Source of the DNA: Mustelus asterias
Taxonomy: Eukaryota
NCBI RefSeq assembly: GCF_964213995.1
Contig: NW_027590119.1
Location: forward strand, 2,108,001-2,172,000
DNA: 64,000 bases
Direction of reading: 5' to 3'
This document shows, in pieces, positions 50,106 through 61,535 of this stretch. Position numbers and translations under genes: made by a program. Below the pieces are notes generated by a model that worked only from the letters and a program-made list of their open reading frames with translations, did no database searches and was not told where the DNA came from. Each line of letters begins with the position of its first letter. Positions within the stretch are counted from its first letter, which is position 1.

Positions 50106-52176
50106 AAGTTCCCTTCGTTCCACAGAACACAAACTACCAAACTTGATGGTCACGTTCTTAACGAGGTCAACACGTTGATTATCAGCCTGTAAATCCTTTC
50201 AGTATTGCTGATGGCAGGTGATGGGAACGGAACCGATACCTGGTCAACAATACTGCAGAAGTCAATGACAGACCGCTGGAGTACTTTGAAATCACAGAGC
50301 GATCAAATGGACATCCATGGTCACCAATGCCCTCTTCGGGCATGGTAACTGGAAGAGGAGGAGGTGGACGACACAAGAGGCTTAGAGAGTGGACTCTATA
50401 AATCAATGTCACTCGGCAATCTGGATAACCAGGTTTGCGCAACGTTTCTCAGCAATAAACAAACCTTCTTAAAAATAACGGTGTCCAATGATCCTTATTT
50501 GTTAACCAACAAAACCACAGTCTTCCATTATAAGTTAATGTATGTACTTGAAACTTTGATTAAATTAACCCGTCAGCCCTGCTTCGATAGCACCTTCGAA
50601 ATCCGGAATCTCTTTCATCTCTAAGGAGAATTGGAACAGATGCACAAGAACACCACATTCTGCGGCACCCCTTCAAGCCACACACCATCCTCATTTTGAG
50701 CCATATCGCCGTTCCTTGCGTCAAAATTCTGGAAATCGTTTTCTGCTTAGGATTACAGGCAGAGGACAACAAATTTGAAAAGTATGGAAGGAGAAATGAA
50801 AGAAAGTGAGACATTACGAGTGCGAAATACAAAGCCAACTGATGGGGGGAGGACAGAAAGGAAGAGATTCAGAAATGACACAGAATGCACTGTTCTTTCA
50901 ATTCATTTATATTTCCCTAGCGTGTGTTTACATAGTTGAATTGTTTGAAAACACGTCTCTCAATAAAAGACCGCTGGAGTCTGCCCATCGACAACCTTGC
51001 ACTTGCGGACAGTGTCACGTACCCTGAGTCACCGTCAGAGGGCGCAGTCGTCACATGTTTCTCCAAACTTGAAATGACACGGACAATGTCTCTGGTACCA
51101 TTGGCATACCGTTGCTATTGGCAACAAAGTCCACAGTCTATTTTTTCTGCTCTGTGTCGCCCCCTCTCTCTGGCCCACCTCACGTGTCCTGCATTACTAA
51201 ATGAGCGGCACGGTGGCACAGTGGTTATCATTGCTGCCTTACAGCGCAAGGAACCCAGATACAATTCCGGCCTTGGATGACTGTCTGTGCGGAGTTTGCA
51301 CGTTCTCTCCGTGTCTACCTGGGTATTCTCCAGATGCTACGGTTTCCTCCCACAGTCCAAGAATTTGCAGGTTAGGTGCATTGGTCATGCTAAATTGCCC
51401 CTTAGTGTTACGGGGATTTTTTCCGAACTGTAGTCATAGACTCGGGGAGAAGGAAGCAGAACCACAACCGACCTCTCCTCATCAATTTTCTCACTTCTCA
51501 CTTAGCGTTTCCTTCCCAATTGAAAGTAAAGAATATGCTGTTCTCCTGACCGCTGTAACTCAGGCATTGCCATTATTCAAATGATATGAACTCTTTTTTA
51601 AAATTATTAATTGGACGTCGGTGACAAGACAATATTTCTGTCCATCACGTTTTGTCCTCGAACCGGGCTGGGATATTTGAGAGTTCGTTATATTGTTGTT
51701 ATTCTGCAATCACACACATTCCAGGCCTCGCTAGGATGGCATATTTCCTTCCACAAAGTGCATTAGTGAACTAGGTGGATTTGCAGTGAAAGCGTTCCAG
51801 CACCATCAATGCGACTAGCTTTCAATATCAATTCATCACATTTAAATTTAACCTTGACTTTTCTAAATTTAAATTTTGACCATTTTTCTCCAAAATCGAA
51901 TTGAAATATAACGATTTGATATGGTGGGATTTGAACTAATTTTCTCAAAGCATTATTCTGGGCCCTTGAACTACTTGTCCAGTGACTCCCATGTTGATAA
52001 TAATTAATAAGAAAAAGCGCAAGTTCTTAAAGTTGACTCTTCCCAGTACATTATATCAGAATGGGATCACAACCACACAGTGCATCGGGTTGTCTCTGAG
52101 TGGACCTTTGAAGAAACGGCAATGTCACAATTAGCTGCACCATGACAATTTCATATCCTCACCCTGCTGATTTCAG

Positions 52177-52300
52177 ACAGTAAGAAGTCTCACAACACCA
52201 GGTTAAAGTCCAACAGGTTTATTTGGTAGCAAATACCACAAGCTTTTGGAGCACAGCTCCTTCGTCAGATGGAGTGGATATCTGTTCTCCAACAGTGCAT
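52177..52300 (-). mobile_element. Penelope pseudo-LTR fragment, family A, with a mutated hammerhead
   Basis: Nearly identical to 17678-17735, but GAAA reads AAAA. Confidence 0.7.
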
Positions 52301-53020
52301 GGCCAGCTTTCAGGACAGCACCCACAGTACAGGCTTTACATTATCTCAGGAATAATATACAGGCAACTAGACTTCATTGATTGATTTCTCTGTACCTTTA
52401 GTAAAACAAAGACGATTGCATGGTATTCACAGCCCATCCACCGATATCTCAACATTCGAACATAAAAATTAGGCTGCCTGCAAATCTGCTCTAACATTCA
52501 GTCAGATTACAGTTCATCTGATTTTCCGTTTAAATCCACTTTTCTGCCTTGATCTTCTTGAACCGTGGCATACATTTTCGTTAAAATGTTGGTTTCACTC
52601 AGTTTTAAAATTATTCAGTGGCCCACAGCCTCCACCGTTCTCTGGACTCTCACTGAGTCTCAGGCACTAATGCTTGGATGCTAAAATTAAGAGAATGTGC
52701 ACAGAATATTGATTGGAAATCCACCAAATGTATCAACACTCCTTGCTCCTCCGTTCCAATAACAAAATGAAGGTTTTTTTCTTGACATCCCGTTTCCAAA
52801 GCGGAACAATTCGCCCAACAGTGACACCGAATGTAGTACAGGTCGGGGAGCTTCTATTCACTGATAGTCATCTGAGCAGTTACCAATCTCAGGGTGCCAC
52901 TGGCGAGACACGGAACTGACGCATGAGCCTCTGAGAAATGTCGTCAGATTATTAAGGGTGGGGATTTAGAATGGGTGTCTTCAAATAACCAATTCCGCTT
53001 TCACAGAGCGGACAGAGACA

Positions 53021-53479
53021 ATGAAGATACTCGTCATTTGGATTGTGTGGGGGGCATTTCTAACAGGTATTTCTGGGCATCACGTTAGTTTTCTCATTTC
53101 CAAAACTGGGGTGGAATCTTACTGTTGATTACACATCACTCTTTTCTTTATCTATTTGAACATATTTTCCAGGTCTGACCCATGGAGATTCTGTCACTCA
53201 GCCGCTGTCCTCAGATGTTAAGCCAGAAGGAGACGTGGTGACATTAAACTGCAACTATGATACTGCAGAAACCATCTATAATTTATACTGGTATCGACAG
53301 CATCCAGACTCCCAGCCCGAGTACATACTGTGGAAGCACTCGGGGGGTAATGAAGATAAAGCAGATTTTGCTAAAATCCGTTTCTCGACTGACCTCAAAA
53401 TCCCGAAGAAATCCATCAGTTTGACTATCTCGGATCTGCAGTTGTCTGACGCGGCCGTGTATTACTGCGCTTTCAGACT
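53021..53479 (+). CDS. TCR alpha/delta-type V segment V3 (leader exon 53021-53066, V exon 53173-53479); intact
   Basis: Leader MKILVIWIVWGAFLT-G followed by GT donor; TTTTCCAG acceptor. V exon GLTHGDSVTQ...TLNCNY...YWYRQHP...SDAAVYYCAFR, followed by a 23-RSS. Confidence 0.95.
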
Positions 53480-53518
53480 CACAATGATGGAAAGCAGCCT
53501 GAGTCCTGTACAAAAACT
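53480..53518 (+). other. 23-RSS of V3
   Basis: CACAATG 53480-53486, 23-nt spacer, ACAAAAACT 53510-53518. Confidence 0.92.
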
Positions 53519-54673
53519 GTCTCAGCAGGATAAGTCAGAGCTCCTCGCTGCTGTATAGAACTTCTGGCAGATGTAGCCACAATGAGCAGCGGCGCTGTCA
53601 GCCGCTCAAACACAAACCGACAGGAAACCATATTCACCTCGGATCAACTGTCACCCAACTATTTCCAGGAGAGGCCGAGAAAACAAACTGCAGAACCGTT
53701 TTAGGCCGACAAGTCCATCACACAATGAATGTGTCAATTAAATCGTCCCTTCTGCTACTAATCAACTCTGTATTCCTCTAAAATCAGCCCTGGGTGATAA
53801 AATCCCAAACATCCGTCAAACCTGGCCGTGAAGCGCCACACACACAGCAGACGGACAGTTCTCCATGTTTGTGTGACGTCCTCTGATCCCGAAGTCCCTA
53901 TTTGTCCTTTTCTTCTTTTTCCATGCCTGCTTACCATATTGAACACCACTCGCTCCATCTCCCTTTTCAGTTTCTGGGCCTTTGAGGGTGAGCTGTTCAT
54001 AGCGTTTATTTGATCACTATTGCTATATTCGAGACAGCTTGCACATCCGGAACACATTTCATAATGTTGTGACTTTGATTTCTCAAACAAATCCGAGCAG
54101 CCAGTTTCCACATCTCCCTGACTGTCTCCACCTGATACCAGGGTAGCATTAAACTTCTTATCATATCTGGCTTGTTCACCTGTTTGTCGCTGCTCCGTGA
54201 TTCTGTAAATCAGATGAATATTTGAATACTGTTTGGGAAACATTGTGAAATTCAATTGAATGATCAAAGTCAATGAGTTCTGAAATCTGTTCATTTTTCA
54301 TAAACTGTTTCTGACCCAACAGCACAGTCTGATCAAATAAAACCTGAGAACTGGTCTTGGGCCAAAGGCTCCAGAAATCTAAAAGGGGAGATGAGGAAGA
54401 GTTGTTTAATGTTACAGAGAGGCATGGAAACAGCTTCAAAACACTAAGTCAACGAAATAGTTCAAATAGATTTATAAAGGCGAGTTTAATTATGAACGCG
54501 AGTTAAAACCAACTAATACAATTCCGCAAGTGTCCCTCACCTCTTCTTATGGGGGGTTATATTTTGTTCTTTTCGGAAGATTCATGTGACTCTCACTGAG
54601 TTTAATTCTTGTCCCTATTTATCGGTGTGACAGCGCCATCTTCTGGCCAACAACTGGAACTCCCATTCTGGGG

Positions 54674-56299
54674 GGTTTCGGACTGGATCCGCTCTATCTC
54701 TGTATCAGTGTGTGCTCCATCGCACGGAAATACACGGCAGGGACCTGGGTGTGCAAGTCCACAGATCTTTGAAGGTGACGTCACAGGTGGAGAAGGTGGT
54801 GAAGAAGGCATATGGCATGCTTGCCTTTATAGGACGGGGCATAGAGTATAAGAGTTGGGGTCTGATGTTGCAGATGTATAGAACGTTGGTTCGGCCGCAT
54901 TTGGAATACTGCGTCCAGTTCTGGTCGCCACACTACCAGAAAGACGTGGAGGCTTTGGAGAGAGTACAGAGGAGGTTTATCAGGATGTTGCCTGGTATGG
55001 AGGGGCTTGGTTATGAGGAGAGATTGGGGAAACTGGGGTTGTTCTCCTTGGAAAGACGGAGGATGAGGGGAGACTTAATAGAGGTGTATAAAATTATGAA
55101 AGGCATAGATAGGGTGAACGGTGGGAAGCTTTTCCCGGGTCGGTGGTGACGTTCACGAGGGGTCATAGGTTCAAGGTGAAGGGGGGGGGGGAGGTTTAAC
55201 ACAGATATCAGAAGGACATATTTCACACAGAGGGTCGTGGGGGCCTGGAATGTGTTGCCGGGCAAGGTGGTGGAGGCGGACACACTGGGAACGTTTAAGA
55301 CTTATCTAGACAGCTATATGAACGGAGTGGGAATGGAGGGATACAAAAGAGTGGTCTAGTCTGGACCAGGGAGCGGCGCGGGCTAATTGTTCCTTGTTTC
55401 TCGTTTCAAGGCTTCATTCTATGATCATCTTGCTGGTGCCAGTACAGAGCGAGACTGCGGATAGTTGGGAACCTGTCTCGGGGGCAGGGAATTCATATCG
55501 TGTTCGTGGAAGTGGAAATGACTAGGGTTGGGAAGCATTTCCCGATCAGGGCCATTGTGATCTCCTGGACTCGTTTCGATCGCCTCAGGGGGTCGGAGAG
55601 GAATTTCCCAGATTTTTTTCCCCATATTGGCCCTGGGGTTTTTCACTCTGGGTTTTCGCCTCTCCCTGGAGATCACATGGTCTGGAATGGGGGGGTAGGG
55701 GTGAGTTAATAGGTTGTAATGAACAAAGCATCGTAGCTGTGAGGGACAGCTCGGTGGATAGGATTTTGGTATGTCGGTAGGCTGGAAAATTGGGCGGGGA
55801 TCCTGGATTCAGGATTCAATCCTGGACCGGGGAGCGGCGCGGGCTTGGAGGGCCGAAGGGCCTGTTCCTGTGCTGTATTGTTCTTTGTTCTTTGTTCTTA
55901 TCCGACAGAAGAGCCCCCGCGAGATATAAAGGAACTGTTTCATTTCCCTTCTGCAAATCTGCAGAAAACCTCCGTTTGGGGACCTTTCGTAACCCCCTAA
56001 GCTATATTTCTTCAGCAAATGTCTCGGAGCTTCCCCGGAATACTGCATGTACCAGGGTAGAGTTGGGGTAGTGTAAGTTATCAAGTAACGGCAGTCCAGT
56101 CCACACTGTCCTTCCCGAATTGTTAATTTGAAATGAGCCTGGAACACTGAAGTTTTGCCACTCATTCCTGTCACACAAATACAGATTGGCTCAAAAGTCA
56201 GGGTTTAAAAATAACCACTGGATGACATGGTTACCATTTAATAATGGACCCGCCGGGCAGCAAGATCATTATAATCAGTAAGGAGCATGGAGAACACAT
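54674..56299 (-). pseudogene. TCR V pseudogene V4, split by a CR1 insertion (54741-55898)
   Basis: V exon from 56167 reads GMSGKTSVFQ...LDCRY...PWYMQYSGEAPRHLL, then a frameshift, then RRFSADLQKGNETVPLYLAGALLSD. Removing the LINE continues it as TAVYFRAME (Cys104->Arg). Degenerate RSS CACACTG-23-TCCGAAACC at 54712-54674. Candidate leader MCSPCSLLIIMILLP at 56299-56254 with a GC donor. Confidence 0.85.
54741..55898 (+). mobile_element. 5'-truncated CR1-type LINE inserted in FR3 of V4
   Basis: RDLGVQVHRSLK...RPHLEYCVQFWSP; tail (TTCTTTG)n; removing it rejoins the V frame. Confidence 0.9.
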
Positions 56300-57353
56300 G
56301 GTTTCCGTGTATACATCTCGATGCAAAGTAACAAAATGCTCTAATTCTGCTGATGATTCCAATCTAGTGTAAAGGGTAGCCCCTGTTATAATCTGGGTTT
56401 ATTTTTTGAGAAACTGAGGGGCATTTCCCTGAGACAGGATTGGCTACTCTGCCGGAACTGATGGATATTCCCCGCCAATAAATGAGAGCTGTAAAGAATC
56501 GCATTTTCTGGTTCCTTCTGTGTCTTATGCGACTTTCCTCATAACTCTGTCTCATTGCTTCCGTCTCTCTGTTATACCAACCTCTCATTTTTTGTAAACC
56601 TCCTTATCGCTATCAAATGACTGGAAATTAATTCAAATAATTCAAGCGGTGACAACAGAGTTTGACAAACTCGACAAACAAAGCTACCCGAAACCACCAG
56701 CAGGTGGCGTGACTTACCGTCGTTGCGGTGTTTTCACATTGCTACCTGAAAATCAATGTGTCCTTTCTATTTGTCTCATTTAATGAATTCGTCATTAGTA
56801 GAGACCATGAGACTGGCGGTGTAAATAAGAAGTAGAAAGCTAAAGTTGGCGACATACATTTAAGGTCACGTGTGTTCTCTGCTCTTGGATTGTTTGGAAA
56901 TAGATAATGTTCACCAGATTTAAGCAGTGATCCTTCCTTGTTGATCAGCCCCACTACTCGCCATCAGCAATTGCTGAGGCGATTCATTCCGCTGCTGTCT
57001 GCACCCGGGCAAAGACGGTGAAAGCAAAAGTAGTGGACCAGACCATGGCTTCATTTCGCGTTTTATCGACAGTCATCAAACTCCACAAAGAACAAAGTGA
57101 TAATCAGGTCATCGATTTTAGTGATTTTGATTGGAGGGCTGATGGAAAGTGACATCTGTCAGAAAACCTGTCATTCTGTCATCTAAGTTGCCATTTCCGC
57201 TCTTCGGTCGCACAGAAAAACATTCAAGTTCTCATTTCAGGTTTTGGCTCATTTAGTTCCACTGTTGAGGTGGAGGGTGGGTGATGCAGGCTTTATAAAC
57301 CTATTACTAAGGGTCCGAAGCTGTGTTGCTGCTGTGTTCTGTATTCTGATATT

Positions 57354-57706
57354 ATGCATCATTTTCTCTTTTTGACATCGATATTCATTCTTCTCATTCA
57401 GGCCAGTGAGGAAATGGAGGCAGTGTTTCAGGATCCACCGAGCATCAGAGTGAGTTACGGAGACAGTGTGAAGCTAAACTGCAATTGTTCGACATCACAT
57501 ACTTCTACTGCTTTCTTCTGGTATATTCAGCACCCAGAGAAACACCCTCAATATCTATTGGAAAAAAGGAGTACTGGAAAAAATGTGACTGCCTTTGGGA
57601 AGCGGCTGCTTTATGCTACCTTAGATAACACAGCAAGAACTGTTCCTTTAAGCATTCACTATGCGCAGTTCTCTGACAGTGCGGTGTATTACTGTGTACT
57701 GGGACA
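57354..57706 (+). CDS. TCR alpha/delta-type V segment V5 with leader and V apparently in one exon
   Basis: Continuous ORF MHHFLFLTSIFILLIQASEEMEAVFQDP...KLNCNC...FWYIQHP...SDSAVYYCVLG; TATA-like TTTATAAA at 57292; followed by an RSS. Confidence 0.88.
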
Positions 57707-57745
57707 CACAGCGTTACCAGGTCAGTAGAGACCCGTACAAAAAAT
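57707..57745 (+). other. 23-RSS of V5
   Basis: CACAGCG 57707-57713, 23-nt spacer, ACAAAAAAT 57737-57745. Confidence 0.88.
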
Positions 57746-58123
57746 GCTCCTTCTTTCTAATATGACGTTTTGACTCCACACAAGTTGTGATATTTTGCAA
57801 CTGCCGCAGCAATGTGATGTACATTCTATTAACTACATTCAACAGTTAAATTTGTCTGTATCTGGTTCACTATCTCGTCGGTTGGGCTTTCTCCACCTGC
57901 ACAGACTCTTTTCGCAAATCTCTTTATGTGGTTCCCGCATGCCTGACTGCTCGGTTTGTCACTCTCTCTCGCTCGCTCGCTCCCTCATTCTCAGTTTTCT
58001 TTTCTCACATTCCCGTTTATATCACCTCCATCAGACGCATTGCACTCGGTCTCATCTCCCGTTGATATGCAATGGTATTAATTATCTCCGAGTATTATCA
58101 TCCTCTGGGTTGGCATTTGACAG

Positions 58124-58263
58124 NNNNNNNNNNNNNNNNNNNNNNNNNNNNNNNNNNNNNNNNNNNNNNNNNNNNNNNNNNNNNNNNNNNNNNNNNNNNN
58201 NNNNNNNNNNNNNNNNNNNNNNNNNNNNNNNNNNNNNNNNNNNNNNNNNNNNNNNNNNNNNNN
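58124..58263. other. Assembly gap (140 N)
   Basis: Run of n. Confidence 1.
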
Positions 58264-61200
58264 GTGTCCCTCTTTCTCTTTCTATTCTTTCTGTCTATCG
58301 TTTTCTTTAGTTCTCCCTCTCGATTTTCGCTCTGTTGTTCTCTCAGCTGGACTTATGTCGTGCTCAACGGTTTGCAACTGTAACAAAATTAATTTTCTCT
58401 TAACCACACCCACTGATCCAATACATTAGTGCCTAACGGTATTAGATTGCAGTTTACTGGATCAATATTTCTCCTCAAATCGGTGACACGGTTTCTCAGC
58501 CAGTTTTTATTTTATATTGTCCCACAAATCTTTCTATTGGTAACATCAATTTCTGACACTATGATCACTATTGCTGAGATTTTCTACTTCACCCACCTCC
58601 TTCCACATGGAATACAATCACAGAATCATTACAGCACATCCAAGCTTTCGGCCCTTCCATTCCAGGCTAGCTCCTTGCAATAACAATTTACCTATATTCA
58701 CGAGCCGACAGTTCCTAATAACTGTGGAATTTCATTTCATTCAGCTGTTAATGTTATTGCTCTTTGAAAACCATGTGCTCATCGGTCTTTGCCACCAATT
58801 AATTTAACTGTAGAATTAAATCTACCATCCTACCTGCGCCCCGTATCCTTTGACTCCGTTGTAGATCAGAAACATGTCCAATTCAGCATTCGATCTTTGG
58901 AAGGCCACAAAAAAAATCTGAGAGAAGAAATTCCTCCTAATCTCTGCTAAATTGGAGGCCTCTTATTTTGAAATTGTGCCACAAGTTCTCCTTTCTCCAA
59001 TCTCCACATCTATGTTGTCAAACACGCTGAGAAAAAGTTATGTTTCCAAATGTTCGTCTCTCATTGATCTATATTCAAGTGTATGTCGGCACTTCTAACT
59101 AAACATATTGCCATAATTCAAACATTTGTTCCCTGGAAATAACGTAATGAATCTTCCCCGAACAGCTTCCATGCACGTATAACCCTTCTTAAATCAGGAC
59201 ACGAAAATTGTGTTGAGGTATGATTTCACCAAAACTCTGTATAGTCAGAACATTTTGTTTGCCTTCCTAAATATGTACCGTATCTGCAATGCTAACGTGT
59301 TGTGATTTATATACGTATGTACCTCGGTAACGTGCAGTCTGTAGTCTCTCCCAAAATAGTCTTATTTTCTATTCAAACCAGTAATCTGGACAATCTCATT
59401 TTTGCCCCATTTGCCTCAGGGACAAATGTCAATGTAACCTAATTTTTGGTGATAAACAATGGTTACTCCCCCGAAGTTCAGTGCTAGCATCACTGTTCTG
59501 CACTATATATGTTCCGTGTTCTTGTCATGTTGATTGAAATTTCTAAATATTTCGAATTGTGTCACAGATTGAGAATTGGACCTTTTCGTGCAAATGGACC
59601 GGTGCAGGCTAGCAGAATTGGTAAATGAGTGAAAGCTGGAATTTAAGGTGATGCATCTTGACAAAAGGCGTTAACGAGGGCTGATATATGTCAATGCATG
59701 GAAGGGGTTCCAATGAAGGAGGTTGCTTTGCCCTAGATCATGCCACGTTCCATCTTTGTTATTCCAAATGTCGTCCTCAGTTGACTGTGTGAATTCGTTT
59801 TCTGCTTTGTCCACTATCCAGGAGCGCAACTCCCTCTGCACTCTCATTTTGTTTTACTTTTATGCCTTTGTTCCATTCCCTAAAGGATAAATCCTTCAGA
59901 TTGGCACAAGGGGTTTCAACACGAGGAGCCAGGAAACAAACCAGAACGCAACTACGATTTGTTAAGAACTGGGAAAAATTTAGATTCGGAATAAACTTAT
60001 TAAAACAAAAGAAAATTGGGTAATATAAATTTTAAAAAAGAAATTTATGAGGACAGCTGGAAGAAGGGGGTACTAGTAAGTGAATTAACATGCCAGTCAG
60101 AGAAGCAAGGGTCTACATATATGATTGGGGGAATACAATCGGGCGTGGAAGAGGTAACTTCAATGTGATCGTTCAGGGAATTGGAACTTATATGCTCTAG
60201 ATGCTCATACAGTTGTATAATATTGGTTGCTGTTTGGCAATAAGGGGCATGTCAGATTTCAGGAAAAGTTGGTTGTTGGGAAAAAAGGGGTTACTTCATG
60301 TTAACGTCCGTATTTATAGCCATTAATGTGGTTACGTGCACTGTATTAGTGTTTTATCGTCATGCTTGTCATGCGCTTTTCTTTTTATGTTAATAAATGT
60401 TCTTTATTAAATGATCGCAGCAAGACTTGACTGTTCCTCCCGGGTTTGCATATCGTACTTAATGGACACCAAATTGAAATATAAACCATTAAGCACCAGT
60501 GTTCCAAGTTACACCTCTAGGTTCTGGGATACCCTCGTATTTCACATTAGCAGGGTACATAACAGATGTGTATTAGAGGCAGACAATGTGTGAGAATTGC
60601 GAAGATTAAGAAGCCACTTGGTTGAAACCTTGAAGATCCTGAGGGCTGTGACCGGCTGATTTTCTTCCTGATGGCCTTAATGTGTGGAATGTTTTCTCAA
60701 AGAAAGAGTACCTGCTTTTAAACTAGTTCAATGATTCATGCAAGGACAAATCACCAAATAATGTTTCTCACTGATTTATTTTAGCACTTCACTTCTGACC
60801 TACGAGGTCACTTGATACTATCCTTTTTGTATCCGGAGGCAGGAACTGCGAGAGAGACGGGGTGAAAATTGAATGGTATGGGTATATAGTGTCTGGATTC
60901 AGACCATGAGAAGTTCTCAGTGACGTGTTTCAACTCCTGTTTGAAGTTGACAGCGTGAATAATCAGAAGCTATTTCTCCATCCAGATAGTGTGAAGGATG
61001 AGAGTTTTAGATTAACGAAGAACGACTGGGATGATGAGAAATAGCTGCGCTCAAATTGTTGATAATTTTGGATTTCACTATGTGATCGCTGTGGTTATTC
61101 AATTGTTGAACATGTTCAGGATTGATGTTGATGGATTTTGGGGCACTGAATGGCTTAAGGAATAAAGGTACCGAGCAGATTTATTGTTTCATGAAAAAGA

Positions 61201-61535
61201 TTGGTCCCAAACATGTTAAATGACAGCACTGATTGGAGGAGCCGAGTGGCCTCTCTTCTCCCGATTCTTATTTTCTTAAGAGGAAATCTCTAAGGAAGGA
61301 TGGAAACAGAATGGAAGGGACAGGTTACATTAGCCTGGTGACCAGAAAGCAGCTGCCATCTTTATATGTGATACAACTTTCTTCAATTGCCACCTCAGTG
61401 GAATAAAAGGGAAACTCGTGGTAGTTTTCTTACAGAGCTGCTGAAGACCAATTTCACCGTACAAGTCAAGGCGAAAAATTCTGTGATAAAAATATACATT
61501 TCGATTTGTAATTTAAACCAAACCTTTTGGATTTT

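Noticed and set aside
57354-57706. V5 as a NAR-TCR-supporting V-delta
   Set aside because: It has its own in-frame leader and no phase-1 acceptor, and no NAR V-D-J cassette is visible upstream.
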